The notes under the pieces are model-generated. The model did not search any database. It saw only the letters and a list, made by a program, of their open reading frames with translations, and was not told where the DNA came from. A stretch of DNA of 64,000 nucleotides from an uncultured Methanosarcinales archaeon (GTDB lineage: Archaea > Halobacteriota > Methanosarcinia > Methanosarcinales > Methanosarcinaceae): the NCBI GenBank assembly GCA_964446755.1, contig CAYUQC010000001.1:9806-73805 (forward strand), written 5' to 3'. Each line of letters opens with the position of its first letter. Within the stretch, counting starts at the first letter, position 1. Position numbers and translations under genes: made by a program. Positions 1 through 10,663 of this stretch are shown piece by piece.

Positions 1-1
1 G

Positions 2-301
2 AGTAAAGTGCTTAAAAGAAGCGGGAACATGGATGACAAAATCTCAGGCGCGATGCGTACCGGCCTTTTAATGACAACAACAACGGCAGCTGCCTTCTTG
101 GTCATGTATTTGGTTTCCACGTTTGCGCATTATATCATTCCGGGCATCCCGCCGATTCCGCTGATTTCCCAGATCTCTCTGATCGTTTTAATCGGGTTAC
201 TGGCTGACATTTTAAACACATGGTTCCTGAACACGGGTGTTCTCAGAATGTATCTGACCCGCCCGAAACACAAATCAAAGAAGGGAGGCAGACGCGCATG
301 A
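2..301 (+). CDS. secF: Protein-export membrane protein SecF, C-terminal part (truncated by window start)
   Basis: Frame open to the window edge; hydrophobic helices with GLLMTTTT and GLLADILNTWFLN typical of archaeal SecF; stop overlaps secD start (ATGA at 298-301). Confidence 0.85.
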   Translation, partial: SKVLKRSGNMDDKISGAMRTGLLMTTTTAAAFLVMYLVSTFAHYIIPGIPPIPLISQISLIVLIGLLADILNTWFLNTGVLRMYLTRPKHKSKKGGRRA

Positions 302-2007
302 TTGAAGAAAAGAAAGAAAAGCCTCTCTATAAAGATTACAGAGTCGTTATTCTGGCGATTGCTCTCTTAATCGCATTGACGGCCATCTTCGTTCCGATCG
401 GCTGGTGGAGTACCGACAGCGGGATGACAAACATCCACTACGGCCTTCAGATTGAAGGCGGTTCGACGATTTATTTGAAACTCAACGGCGCGGTCGCACA
501 GGTTGACGCCGCACCGCGTGACATTGTCACGAACATGACCGCAGCCGATTTCCCCGGCGGCATTGAAATCGTCAGTTCAAGCGTTTCGGACAACGGTTCG
601 GCATACGTGACATTCCGGACGGCGGATCCCGTCAATAAAACGAGACTGGAATATATGTTCGGCACGAGCAGTATTAACGTTGTCCCGTCAAATGCATCCA
701 CTGAAGTGAATATTACATCCACGGAAACCGGATTCATCACCTCTTACCTTGCTCACGTATACAACACAGAAGTTGTGCCGTACCCGCTTCCGAGGGGCAT
801 AGAATATGAAATTCGCACAGCAACTACGGAAGAACAGCTTGCCGGCTACATGCAGGCTGTCAACGGAAGCATTTTAACGGATTCTTCCGGTGATCCGCTT
901 TACCGCGACGGAACAACAAAACAAACGATGCAGACAACGATTGATGTCCTGAACAATAAACTCGGCAACGGGTTGGGCGTCAAAGATCTTCCGATTCGCG
1001 CCATCGGCGACCAATATATTCAGATCGACTTTGCCGGCGTGAATTTATCAGATGCCAGAGAACTGGTGCAGACCCCGGGAAAATTCGAAATCCGCATCCA
1101 GACCACCGGCAATGAAACGGCACACGTGCTTTACGGCAATTCGATCGAAAGTGTCGGCATCGTCGGGCAGGACCCGTCAACAGGTGTTTATTCTGTCCCG
1201 TTCACATTGAATGAAGAAGGCGCGATAGCCCTTCAGCAGGCGGCCATCAGTGCCGGCGCGACGACTAATCCGGAAGCGCATCACTTGATTATGATGCTGG
1301 ATGATGATATCGTTTACAGCGCGCCGCTCAGCCGAAGCGCTGCCAGCCAGCTGAACAGCCAACCGATTTACTCATGGCAGGCCGGAACCAGCTCACAAGA
1401 AGAAGCCAGAACGCTGCAGATCCATCTGCGGTCGGGTGCGCTCCCGGTCAATGTTGAAATTGTCAATGCCGGACAAATCGACGCGACGCTCGGACAGGGC
1501 TTCTTAAGAGGCGCGATTTTGGCGGGGGTCTTTGCACTTCTGGCAGTGGCGCTGATTGTTTACAACCGTTACAGAAGACCTGAGATTGTCATTCCGATGA
1601 TTGCGACCTCCTTCAGTGAAGTGATTTTGCTTCTCGGTCTTGCCGTGCTCATCGGGCAGGAATTGGACTTGGCTTCCATTGCCGGTATTATTGCCGTCAT
1701 CGGCACGGGAATCGACCATTTGGTGATTATTACGGAAGAAGTCGTCCATGAAGGAAAAACTCCGTCGGAGAAAGTTTATTCGGCGCGTATCGGAAAGGCC
1801 TTCATGATCATCTTCGGGGCCGCGGCAACGACGGTGATTGCAATGTCTCCGCTTGTCTTCCTCGGTTTCGGTTCTTTGAAGGGTTTTGCCATCGTGACGA
1901 TTGCCGGTGTTCTCATCGGTGTTCTCATCGCCCGCCCGGCTTACTCTTCCGTTTTGAGATACATTCTGACAAAACGCGGAATGGTTGACGAGAAACTGGT
2001 TGAATAA
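298..2007 (+). CDS. secD: Protein-export membrane protein SecD
   Basis: N-terminal TM then YGLQIEGG; large extracytoplasmic domain; LRSGALPV; five C-terminal TMs with IGTGID. Start placed at ATG 298, coupled to secF. Confidence 0.92.
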   Translation: MIEEKKEKPLYKDYRVVILAIALLIALTAIFVPIGWWSTDSGMTNIHYGLQIEGGSTIYLKLNGAVAQVDAAPRDIVTNMTAADFPGGIEIVSSSVSDNGSAYVTFRTADPVNKTRLEYMFGTSSINVVPSNASTEVNITSTETGFITSYLAHVYNTEVVPYPLPRGIEYEIRTATTEEQLAGYMQAVNGSILTDSSGDPLYRDGTTKQTMQTTIDVLNNKLGNGLGVKDLPIRAIGDQYIQIDFAGVNLSDARELVQTPGKFEIRIQTTGNETAHVLYGNSIESVGIVGQDPSTGVYSVPFTLNEEGAIALQQAAISAGATTNPEAHHLIMMLDDDIVYSAPLSRSAASQLNSQPIYSWQAGTSSQEEARTLQIHLRSGALPVNVEIVNAGQIDATLGQGFLRGAILAGVFALLAVALIVYNRYRRPEIVIPMIATSFSEVILLLGLAVLIGQELDLASIAGIIAVIGTGIDHLVIITEEVVHEGKTPSEKVYSARIGKAFMIIFGAAATTVIAMSPLVFLGFGSLKGFAIVTIAGVLIGVLIARPAYSSVLRYILTKRGMVDEKLVE

Positions 2008-2111
2008 TACGGCAAGAATTAAAACGAATGAAAAGATTCAAAACGAATCAAATCATTCGTTTACCTGATTTTTATTCATTATTTTAAATTTCAAAACACG
2101 GAAGAAAATAC

Positions 2112-3161
2112 ATGAAAGATGTTTGGACACTCAAATACCGCCCCGACACATTTGACGGCATCCTCGGAAACCGCCAAACGGTTGAGACTTTAAAGAGTCT
2201 GACAGCATCAGGAACACTTCCGCATATGATCTTATTCGGCCCGGACAACTCCGGCAAAATAACGGCGGCTCTGGCCCTCTCCCGGCAGCTTTACGGTGAT
2301 GAAAGCGAATTGAATTTCACTTACTTTAATGCCTCCGACTTTTTTGAACAGGGCAAAAGCTATCTGGTTCGGGACCCGCGCTTTTACCGGATTCTCGGAA
2401 CGGACGATCCGAAAAAGATTCAAAAAAGCGTCATTAATGTTTTCAAAGACATCGTTAATGAATACGCCGCTGTCGCGCCGATGAACGCGGATTACAAAAT
2501 CATCTGCATCGATTCGGCCGAAGCGCTCACGATGGAAGCACAGCAGGCTCTTCGCCGGATCATGGAAAAATATTCCAAGACCTGCCGCTTTATTTTATCT
2601 TCCAAAAGCATTTCAAAAATCATTCCGCCGCTGCGCTCAAGAGGTGTAACGCTTTTCTTCAGCCCTGTCGCACCCGAAGAGCTCGCGCCGTTCCTGCGGG
2701 AAATCGTGGAAAAAGAAGGATTCAGCGTCACGGAAGATGTGCTTTTTGAAATCGCATATCAAACGCACGGCAATGTCGGTGATTCTTTAGAGGTTCTGCA
2801 GACGGCTCTTTTGGAAGCGCAGGAATTGAAAACGGAATTGACCGTTTCTATGATTCAGATGCAGTTCCGTCTGGCGGAAGAAGACAGCATTACGGAACTG
2901 TTTAACGTAGCCGCATATGAGAGAAACTTCATGGAAGCGCGTAATAAACTGGATGCGCTTTTGATTGATGACGGTATGACCGGCAGCGAAATATTAGAAG
3001 GATTTGAAAACGCGGTTTGGGCCGATGAGAAAAAGAACGGTGATGAAATGAAAACGGCAAAACGCCTGATTCAAATCGCCGACTGCGACAGCCGGCTGGC
3101 GCAAGCGTCCAGCGAAAGGATTCAGCTTGAAAATCTGATCGCGAATTTTGATAATGAATAA
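2112..3161 (+). CDS. rfcS: Replication factor C small subunit (RFC-S2 type)
   Basis: WTLKYRP, P-loop GPDNSGK, AQQALRRIME, PLRSR, ERIQLE; variant Walker B (DSAE). Confidence 0.88.
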   Translation: MKDVWTLKYRPDTFDGILGNRQTVETLKSLTASGTLPHMILFGPDNSGKITAALALSRQLYGDESELNFTYFNASDFFEQGKSYLVRDPRFYRILGTDDPKKIQKSVINVFKDIVNEYAAVAPMNADYKIICIDSAEALTMEAQQALRRIMEKYSKTCRFILSSKSISKIIPPLRSRGVTLFFSPVAPEELAPFLREIVEKEGFSVTEDVLFEIAYQTHGNVGDSLEVLQTALLEAQELKTELTVSMIQMQFRLAEEDSITELFNVAAYERNFMEARNKLDALLIDDGMTGSEILEGFENAVWADEKKNGDEMKTAKRLIQIADCDSRLAQASSERIQLENLIANFDNE

Positions 3162-3174
3162 TAAAAGAGAAAAA

Positions 3175-3612
3175 TTAAATCTTTTTTTCCATCATAACCA
3201 TATCGGCGGAGACGCCGTACCCTAATTTTTCATAAACCCCGACGGTTCCTTCTCCTTGAATCGTGGTCAGAAATATCTTATCTACACCGCGTTTTTTGAG
3301 CCGGTCTTCGAGCTCACGCATTATTTTTCGGCCGATGCCCTGTCCGCGGCAGTCAACGCTTGTGCAGAATTCTTTGATGGTAAAATGAAGTTCATTGTCG
3401 TACTGTTCTTCATTTCCGACAATCATTCCGGCAATTTTCCCGTCGATTTCGCCGATGATTCCGTAATCATACGGGGAACTGATCTGCTGCGTTAATCTTT
3501 TGGAGACTGTTTCCTCCGTCCAATTATCACTCCATGGCGGCGTGTTGAATGCTTTAATAAACATTTCCGTGACATCAGGGATTCGGTCTTCCGTAAATTC
3601 AGAAAATTTCAT
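3175..3612 (-). CDS. GNAT-family N-acetyltransferase
   Basis: 145 aa; acetyl-CoA motif RGQGIG and YEKLGY. Confidence 0.85.
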   Translation of the reverse strand: MKFSEFTEDRIPDVTEMFIKAFNTPPWSDNWTEETVSKRLTQQISSPYDYGIIGEIDGKIAGMIVGNEEQYDNELHFTIKEFCTSVDCRGQGIGRKIMRELEDRLKKRGVDKIFLTTIQGEGTVGVYEKLGYGVSADMVMMEKKI

Positions 3613-3682
3613 TTTTTCGACCTTTTGTTTTTTATTTTTGTTTTAATATGAATTAAATCAATGAAATAAAAATTAGTATGCC

Positions 3683-3720
3683 AAAAAAAAGACGAATTTG
3701 CCTCGAAAGGCAAATCCGTC
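3683..3720 (-). terminator. Hairpin plus U-tract terminator of the permease operon
   Basis: GACGAATTTGCCT-cgaa-AGGCAAATCCGTC (single mismatch is G-U on the minus strand) next to an A8 run (U8 on minus). Confidence 0.6.
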
Positions 3721-3741
3721 AATTGTATTTGTTTGTATTCT

Positions 3742-3996
3742 TCAGTAATCATAGTTCTTCACGGAGTGATACAAAATCACACCGAAAAAGATCAAGATGA
3801 CTGCAAGTGTTCCGAAGTATCCGGGAGCGTTCCAAACGATTTGGTCGCCGACACCGGAACCGCCTTCACCGACGATGGTGGCGCCTTTTAAAAAGACGGG
3901 AATAACGACACAAGCAAAAGCCAATGCGAAAATGAAGATAATATCGAAAACCTTCATTGCTAAGCCTTGCTTTTTCTCAGTAATCTTTTCTGCCAT
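3742..3996 (-). CDS. Small two-TM membrane protein, methylamine-permease associated
   Basis: 84 aa, two hydrophobic segments, GAGGTG RBS, 11 bp from the upstream ORF. Confidence 0.7.
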   Translation of the reverse strand: MAEKITEKKQGLAMKVFDIIFIFALAFACVVIPVFLKGATIVGEGGSGVGDQIVWNAPGYFGTLAVILIFFGVILYHSVKNYDY

Positions 3997-4007
3997 TTCT
4001 TCTCACC

Positions 4008-4280
4008 TCAGTCGTAGTATCTGAATTCATACATATGCGCTTTGATGGACTTCCACACATTCAGACAGGCCATGCCGTTGATGAAGAACATCAAAAACAG
4101 GACGATGACGAACAGTGCCAGCAAAACCGTCGGAATTTCCAGACCGCGGGAAATCGCCGCATTCAGAATCGTGTATGTCACGAACGTTTCCGAAATGACG
4201 AGGAAAACCCACATGCCGACAATCAAAAGCGAGTCGAGCATGAACCACTTCTTGTATTTTGCTTCATCGACATCAGTCAT
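4008..4280 (-). CDS. Small two-TM membrane protein, methylamine-permease associated
   Basis: 90 aa, two hydrophobic segments, GGAGG RBS, 8-nt overlap with the permease 3' end. Confidence 0.7.
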   Translation of the reverse strand: MTDVDEAKYKKWFMLDSLLIVGMWVFLVISETFVTYTILNAAISRGLEIPTVLLALFVIVLFLMFFINGMACLNVWKSIKAHMYEFRYYD

Positions 4281-5685
4281 TGTTGTCGCCTCCTGTTTGT
4301 GCTGTAAATCTCTTTGTTCCGTGCGTTACTTCGGGGTCGGGCCAGCCGAGTTTGTCCTGCCAGCTGAATTCCTTCGCTCTTTCCTGCTTGATTTTCTTAT
4401 AGCGCCAGCTGAAGTAGAAGTAGGCGATGACATAGAAGACCAGTGCAAAGAGCAGGTTCAGCAGATATGCCCAGAAGAAAGTGGACATAATCACGATTGC
4501 AATACCCATCGCGAGTAATGAAACGTAAGGCTGAAGCGGACCGATGTACGGACGGACCAGCGAATTGTTTGTCGGATACATCTTTCTGAACCGGATCAAA
4601 GCGAACGGAATCAGCACATAGCAGACAAGACCGGACATAATGGAGAACGTAATAACCTGGTCGAGATAACCGCTGAATGCGAAACCTGCCGAAACCGGAA
4701 TCGTAAAGATAACCGCTTTATACGGACTCTTGTATTTGGGGTGGACATCCGCGAACCAATCGGAAATGAATCCGTCGCGCGAAAGAGCCAGCCAAGATCT
4801 GGAAGAGTCATTGATACAGCCGTTGGAACTGGCGAGACACGTAAAGAGCGTACCGACCGCGAGCAGCAGAATAAGAATGCTGACACCGCTGTTCTGAGCA
4901 GCTTCAAAGAGCGGGTAAACGGAAGCACCGAGTTCTTCGAATCCGATCAAACCGGAACAAATGAAAAGCGTCATACCGGCCATGAGCAGGAGCGTAATCA
5001 TACCGGCCTGCTGGCCCAACGGGACAGCGCGTGTCGGTCTCTTACATTCTTCAGCGCACATAGCAGCGCCCTCAATTCCCAGATAGAACCACGGCCCGAA
5101 CTGCATGGCGGCGAAAACACCGACCAGTCCGTAAGGCATTGCTCCTTGGAACATATTTTCAAAACTGAAATTCGGAACACCGATTCCGGTTGCCGAAGAC
5201 AGGAAGAAAATCACGACTGCTGCCGCCGCAACGAACGTTAAGAAAAAGTTCAGCGTCAAAGCCGTCACTGCACCGCGATAATTGATGAAAGTCAAAATCG
5301 CGAGAATCAATAATGTCACCGCTCGAACGTCAATCCATCCGACGTAAGCAGCCAAAAGCTGACCGACGACAATGGCGTCACCGGCCGAAAGCGCGATATA
5401 TTCCATATATACCGCTAAACCGACGATCGCAGCCGCGCCGGGACCGACGAAAAGTCTGACCCAGTCGTAAGGCCCGCCGGCTAACTTGGTTGAAGAGCCG
5501 AGTTCACTGGCGCATAACGACACGACGATATACATTAAACCGGCGACGAGCATAGCAAAAAGGGCACCGATGATACCGCCTTTTGCAACCGTAAAGTTCC
5601 AGCCCATATATTCGCCGACCAACACAATACCGACACCGAGCGCCCATACGTGATACGGGCGGAGTTTCTTTTCAAGTTCTGTCAT
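4273..5685 (-). CDS. mtmP: APC-family permease, probable monomethylamine permease
   Basis: 470 aa, about 12 TM, WALGVGIVLVGEYMGWN and YLGIEGAAMCAEE (ethanolamine-permease-like); downstream of mtmCB. Confidence 0.78.
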   Translation of the reverse strand: MTELEKKLRPYHVWALGVGIVLVGEYMGWNFTVAKGGIIGALFAMLVAGLMYIVVSLCASELGSSTKLAGGPYDWVRLFVGPGAAAIVGLAVYMEYIALSAGDAIVVGQLLAAYVGWIDVRAVTLLILAILTFINYRGAVTALTLNFFLTFVAAAAVVIFFLSSATGIGVPNFSFENMFQGAMPYGLVGVFAAMQFGPWFYLGIEGAAMCAEECKRPTRAVPLGQQAGMITLLLMAGMTLFICSGLIGFEELGASVYPLFEAAQNSGVSILILLLAVGTLFTCLASSNGCINDSSRSWLALSRDGFISDWFADVHPKYKSPYKAVIFTIPVSAGFAFSGYLDQVITFSIMSGLVCYVLIPFALIRFRKMYPTNNSLVRPYIGPLQPYVSLLAMGIAIVIMSTFFWAYLLNLLFALVFYVIAYFYFSWRYKKIKQERAKEFSWQDKLGWPDPEVTHGTKRFTAQTGGDNND

Positions 5686-5691
5686 TTGACT

Positions 5692-5808
5692 TCACTCTCC
5701 TGATTTTTTCAGTTTCGAAACTCTGTACGCATCATAACACATGTAGCCCATGATGGCGAATGCTAATAAGTAAATTAACAAATTGATGATAGTTCCTGTA
5801 TCCATCAT
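5692..5808 (-). CDS. 38-aa single-TM microprotein (not in ORF track)
   Basis: Hand-translated MMDTGTIINLLIYLLAFAIMGYMCYDAYRVSKLKKSGE*; GAGGTG RBS at 5811-5816; stop 6 bp before the permease ATG. Confidence 0.65.
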   Translation of the reverse strand: MMDTGTIINLLIYLLAFAIMGYMCYDAYRVSKLKKSGE

Positions 5809-6456
5809 TGCACCTCATTTCGAAGTGGGGTTGGCAGGTAAAATATAGAAGTCGTATCAACAAAAGGGATACAAATTAAATGAAACGGTATCATCAAAAT
5901 ATAAAATTGCAACACGAAATCACGAAGAAGATAAATGTACAAAACCGAAAATCATTGATATTCCGGATAAGAATCCGGTCAAATCAAATGACCTGCGGTT
6001 CACAATAAACATTTTTCTTAAATTTGATTCGGTAAAAGTGCAAGACTTTTGATGAATAAACCACACGCATTATCCCATATATTCAAAATGATTGACACAC
6101 ACAACCGTCAATAATCTGACAACAAACCCCCGATTTTTACGAATCGATTTTTATTCTGTACCATTGATTTTCCGTTTTCGGAAAAAAGAAATGCCGCTCA
6201 CAAACCGTCGAACCGGACCACAAACTAAACCGGCCGGAAGCAAAACCACATAAAATGCTTCCAAAGGACGATTGAACCAAACATTTCGATAAATTCAACG
6301 CATTACAAATATCCCGGTTTTGTTTTAAAGTTGTAAACCGGATCCGATTTGAAACCGGACCCGGCTTTGATTTAAAACTGTTATGTCAGGATATTTCACC
6401 TACGGCAATCATTGCCGAAAGCTTATTCTTAAGAAATAAGCAAACTGACAGTCAAA

Positions 6457-7836
6457 TCATTTAAAGACGAGACCGAAACCTTCGAGTTTCTTTCTTGCGC
6501 CTTCGTAGACTTTGACGTGTTCGTCGGTGGGTGTAACGGTTTTAACGTCGTAACATTCCTGGAAGGTCTTGCCTGCAGGAGCGTTTCCGTAGTCTTTCTC
6601 ATAGCTTGCGACGAGTTTGTCCAAAATCTTGTTGATTTCAGCGATGTCGACGCCTGCTGCGGATCTTGCGACTTCTCCCATCATACGGGCTTCCATACCG
6701 GTTGTCTTGTCTGTCACGACACCTTTTGCGGCTGCGACACCGGAGAGGATTTCTCTGCCTGATGCGGAGTCGGTGATTGCCTGTGCGGCAAGTTCAAGGA
6801 AGCACATTTCTGTACACGGGCCTGCACACGGGTAGTACTGGTTACCCATCATGAAGTCAGTGTGGTTGGAAATGGCTGCACATGCCCATCCTGCAACAGC
6901 GAGGGTTTCTCTGGTGTTGGTGGAACCCCATCTGATGTGGACCGGACCGTCAAGGTGCCAGCTGGCGCCGGACATGACGAAGGCGTTGATGGATGATGCA
7001 ACGTCGATGATGGCTGTCTCTTCGAGGCCGCCTGCGTAACCGCCGTAAATGGGCATCTGTTCATCCATGATGATGTCACTGTTGCCGTGGTAGTGGGCGA
7101 TAACGGAGATTGCGTCGAGGTCGATCTTCAATTCGTTGAGCTGAGAGACTTCGTGGCTGTCGGAGGGGATCATACCGCCTGCACAGTCTGCACTGATGTT
7201 ACCCTGTGCGGAGAGTGAGGTTTCGGGGCCCTAAACGGCCATTCCCGGGCGACCTGCGACTGCAGCTGCCTGTTTGATGAGTCTTGTTTCGGTCTTTGCT
7301 GCGAGAATTTCGAAGGGTGTCTTCGGAACCGGCGGGTAGCCGCGGACAGTCATCATAACACCGTTAACGATGGTGTCGACTTCCTTCTCAAGCGCATAGG
7401 ACATGTGAACTTCGTAGAAGACGTCTTCGGAGATCGGGGAACCGGTCGGACCGCCCTGGATCAAGGGTCCTCTCTTGTCGCCGACATTTCTCTTTCTCAT
7501 TGTAACGGCGTCTCTGCCGGTACCGAGCTGGAATTCGGGCATGGGGTTGCGGATGGCATCCCAGATTTCGTCTTCGGTGTATTTGACGATTCTGTTGGTG
7601 TCTGTCACGAAGATACCGGCTTCAAGAAGCATGTCGAAACCTGCTTTGAAAAGCTTTTCTGTCATTTCGAGGTCAGTCGGGACGAATTCGCCTTTGAAGT
7701 CAAGACCGTATTTTTGTTTTAACTCCATTGCTTTCATCGGAATGTGCATTAAGTCCCAGTCGTCCTGAGAGCATTTCTCACCGGTCTTTGCACGGTTGTA
7801 GAATTCGTATGCATCAATTGATCTTTTGTATGCCAT
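6457..7836 (-). CDS. mtmB: Monomethylamine:corrinoid methyltransferase, pyrrolysine at codon 202 (in-frame TAG 7231-7233)
   Basis: ORFs 7231..7836 and 6457..7173 are in frame and joined through one amber: GRPGMAV-O-GPETSLSAQGNISAD; 459 aa in total. Confidence 0.97.
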
Positions 7837-7847
7837 GATTAAACACC

Positions 7848-8492
7848 TCAGGCCATAATTTTCTTTGCAACAATAACTGCTTCTGCTGCATTTTCGGCTG
7901 TTCCGTCTGCGCCGATTTCGTCAATCCAGGACTGGGAAACGGGTGCACCGCCGAACATACATTTAACTTTTGCGCGGACGCCTTCTTCGTTGATCATTAC
8001 CATCAAGTCTTTCTGGCCGAGCATTGAGGTTGTCATGAGTGCGGAACCGACAAGAAGAACTTTACCGGCGTCTGCTTTCTTGATTTCGTCAACGACGACT
8101 TCGTTTTCGATGTCGACACCGAGAACTTTGACTGTGAAGCCGTTTGCGCCGAGCATCGTGGAAACAAGTCTGTTGCCGATGTCGTGGATGTCGCCTGCCT
8201 GAACGAAAGAGATACAGAAACCTGAGCTTGCGTTGTTGTCGCCTTTTTCAAGTTCGGGCTGGAGAATTTCCATTGCGCTGTTCATTGCTTTTGCGGACAT
8301 CATGATTTGGGGCAGGAAGAGATCTCCGGTTTCGAATTTCTCACCGACGACTTTCATGCCTTCGGAAAGACCCTTCTGGATGATGTCAAGAGCGGGTTTG
8401 CCTTCTGCAAGAGCTTTTTTTGTTAACTCAACGGTGCCGTTGATGTTCTGAGTCATAACGGCGTCTGCTAATTCCTTAAAGATATCTGACAT
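7848..8492 (-). CDS. mtmC: Monomethylamine corrinoid protein
   Basis: B12-binding DxHxxG (GDIHDIG), SALMTT, GGAP; GGAGGT RBS before ATG 8492; directly upstream of mtmB. Confidence 0.93.
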   Translation of the reverse strand: MSDIFKELADAVMTQNINGTVELTKKALAEGKPALDIIQKGLSEGMKVVGEKFETGDLFLPQIMMSAKAMNSAMEILQPELEKGDNNASSGFCISFVQAGDIHDIGNRLVSTMLGANGFTVKVLGVDIENEVVVDEIKKADAGKVLLVGSALMTTSMLGQKDLMVMINEEGVRAKVKCMFGGAPVSQSWIDEIGADGTAENAAEAVIVAKKIMA

Positions 8493-9123
8493 ATTTTTTA
8501 CCTCCGTACAAAACATGTACGTTAAAATCGTACACTCATTTCGCATCTCACAAGTATAACAGAATATACTGAAAAGTTACCCCGTTATATCGATGCTTTG
8601 CGAAATGACACAAAACGTTTGACAGACTAAAATCCCCATTTCAATCTGCTTTGTATGGATTACGGTGTGTAATCCACTCATTCTAATGGGCGAGTTTCCT
8701 ATATAACTTAAATCTAAGTGAACTTTTCAACTCCCCTATACAATTAACAAGGCTTTTGTAAAATAATAAAGTGTTAGAAAAGATACAACCCGATAAAAAA
8801 TAAACAAGCTTTTTTAAAAAAATAAGAATGACAGTTTTGAAAAACAGCAGCGGAAGAAAAATCATTTGAATAAAAAGCAAATTATTTTAAAAACCAAGAC
8901 AATAATTGTTCATTTTTTTGAGAAAAAGAAGAAAATGAAAAATCCGGAAAACAAATGAATGAATTTTAAAAAATTCCGAAAACGGCAATTGAGCCGCAAG
9001 TTTTAAATGAGAAACACCAACCGTCTTTGAAAATGTGAAGAATTGATCAGAAAACGAGAAGAAAAACCGTTAAAAAAGAGAAAAAGGAAATCAGAATGAG
9101 CGAATCATTCTGATGGGTCAAAA

Positions 9124-10146
9124 TCAGTATTTTGTTGCTTTTGCGTATTCGACGAGTGCTTTCAAGTTCTCTGTCGGGGTTGCGGAAACAGTACCGCAGC
9201 CGATTGTGACGATTCTTGCGCCTCTTTCGAAGACTTTTGCACATTCTTCTTTGATTTCTGCAGGTGTGCCTTTCCACATGAGCTGGACAGGGTCAAGGTT
9301 ACCGACGATGACTGCTGTCTGTGCTGTTTCTGCTGCTTTCTGAACATCGACTTTCTGGTCAACGCTGATGCCTTCGACACCGGCGCGGTCCATTAAGTAG
9401 ATGCCTTTTGTGGTGTCGCCGCAGATGTGAAGAACAGTCGGGACATCCATGGCCTGCATTGCTTCTGCAATCTTCTTGTGGTACGGAATTGCAAATTTCT
9501 CATAGAACTGGTCGCCGAGAAGTTCGTAGCTGGCTGTCGGGTCAATGATGACCATGCAGCTTGCACCGGCTTCAACCATTCTCTGTGCGTACTGGACACA
9601 GAAGTCTGTGGTCATGTCAATCAACGGCTGGATCACAGGGTCATCTGTCATGAGGCCCATAAACCAGTTGTCGCCGTTGAGGTGCTGTGCAAGAGAGAAG
9701 GGACCGATCATGGAACCGATAATCGGGATTTCGTCTCCGTATTTTGCTTTCAGGATCTTGATGGATTCGATGATTCTGTCAACACGTGCTGTTCCGCCGA
9801 ACTTGAAGTCTTTCAATCTGTCGACATCCTCGGGTGTTGCGGCGACGTGGCCGACGACGGAGGGCTGCTGTTCGCGTGTGCCTGCTTTGATCTGGCATCC
9901 GAAGAATTCTGCTTCTGCGGTGATGTCGAACGGAACACGGATGGCTTCGTAACCGACAACGGTGTGACCTGCTTCAGCCAATTTTGCGATGAGTTCAGGT
10001 TCTTCGTTGGCTTCGGGCCAGAAGGCGCCGCATGCTTCCATTTGTTCGACCGTTGCGGTCTGTGTGAAACAGACAGCGGGCATTCTGTCAACATCCATTT
10101 TCTTTAACGCGCGGTATAATCTTTCCTTAGGTGTGTATTCTGTCAT
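9124..10146 (-). CDS. mtbA: Methylcobamide:CoM methyltransferase (methylamine-specific MtbA type)
   Basis: UROD fold, Zn ligands HICG and GCG, N-terminus [10 protein letters not shown]...[11 protein letters not shown]; sits in the methylamine cluster. Confidence 0.88.
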   Translation of the reverse strand: MTEYTPKERLYRALKKMDVDRMPAVCFTQTATVEQMEACGAFWPEANEEPELIAKLAEAGHTVVGYEAIRVPFDITAEAEFFGCQIKAGTREQQPSVVGHVAATPEDVDRLKDFKFGGTARVDRIIESIKILKAKYGDEIPIIGSMIGPFSLAQHLNGDNWFMGLMTDDPVIQPLIDMTTDFCVQYAQRMVEAGASCMVIIDPTASYELLGDQFYEKFAIPYHKKIAEAMQAMDVPTVLHICGDTTKGIYLMDRAGVEGISVDQKVDVQKAAETAQTAVIVGNLDPVQLMWKGTPAEIKEECAKVFERGARIVTIGCGTVSATPTENLKALVEYAKATKY

Positions 10147-10663
10147 AACTTGATCTCCCCCAAATAGGATTTAGTCAAAGTTGAAAATTACATAATTCAC
10201 ATGTTATCGTTTTGTACACGATTGCCGGCCCGAATAAATCGGATTGATTCACCGGAGTGATCCGAAAAAGACGAGCAGTAAACCGTTTCGACGATTTAAC
10301 CGTCAAAATGTCGTGTAATGTTTATCCCATTTTACGATTAAATCTGACAGGTTTTCAAATAAAATTGATTTCGCGCAAACGCAAGATCAAAATATTGAAA
10401 AACCTAATCGAACGGATAAACTTAGTTGTTAATAACATTAAAGATTCTTATAATTTATCCTAAATCGAGGGGTGAATGAGAGTAAAAACGGGAGGGGAAA
10501 ATAAAATCCAGTAAAGATGATGAAATTACAAAAGCTTTGTAAAAATACAAGGGGTTTGATTTCCGCCGGCGTTCTGTCCTTGAAATATCCGATAGATTTA
10601 AACGGCTTCGGGGAGATTCTTAACAATTCATAATTTGGAAAAACTGCATTAGGTGGATTATAA

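Noticed and set aside
2112-3161. Degenerate ATPase motifs in RFC as a novelty
   Set aside because: Consistent with the known second small RFC subunit of Methanosarcinales.
6457-7836. mtmB as a split gene or pseudogene
   Set aside because: The single TAG is at the canonical Pyl202 position and both halves are in frame.
9427-10107. Long antisense ORFs opposite mtbA (also opposite ramA, thermosome, the cobN-like gene and 30837..31475)
   Set aside because: Shadow frames caused by codon bias of real genes on the other strand.
10237-10250. 14-mer AAATCGGATTGATT shared with 32297-32310
   Set aside because: Matches of this length are expected by chance in 64 kb, and the context is not shared.
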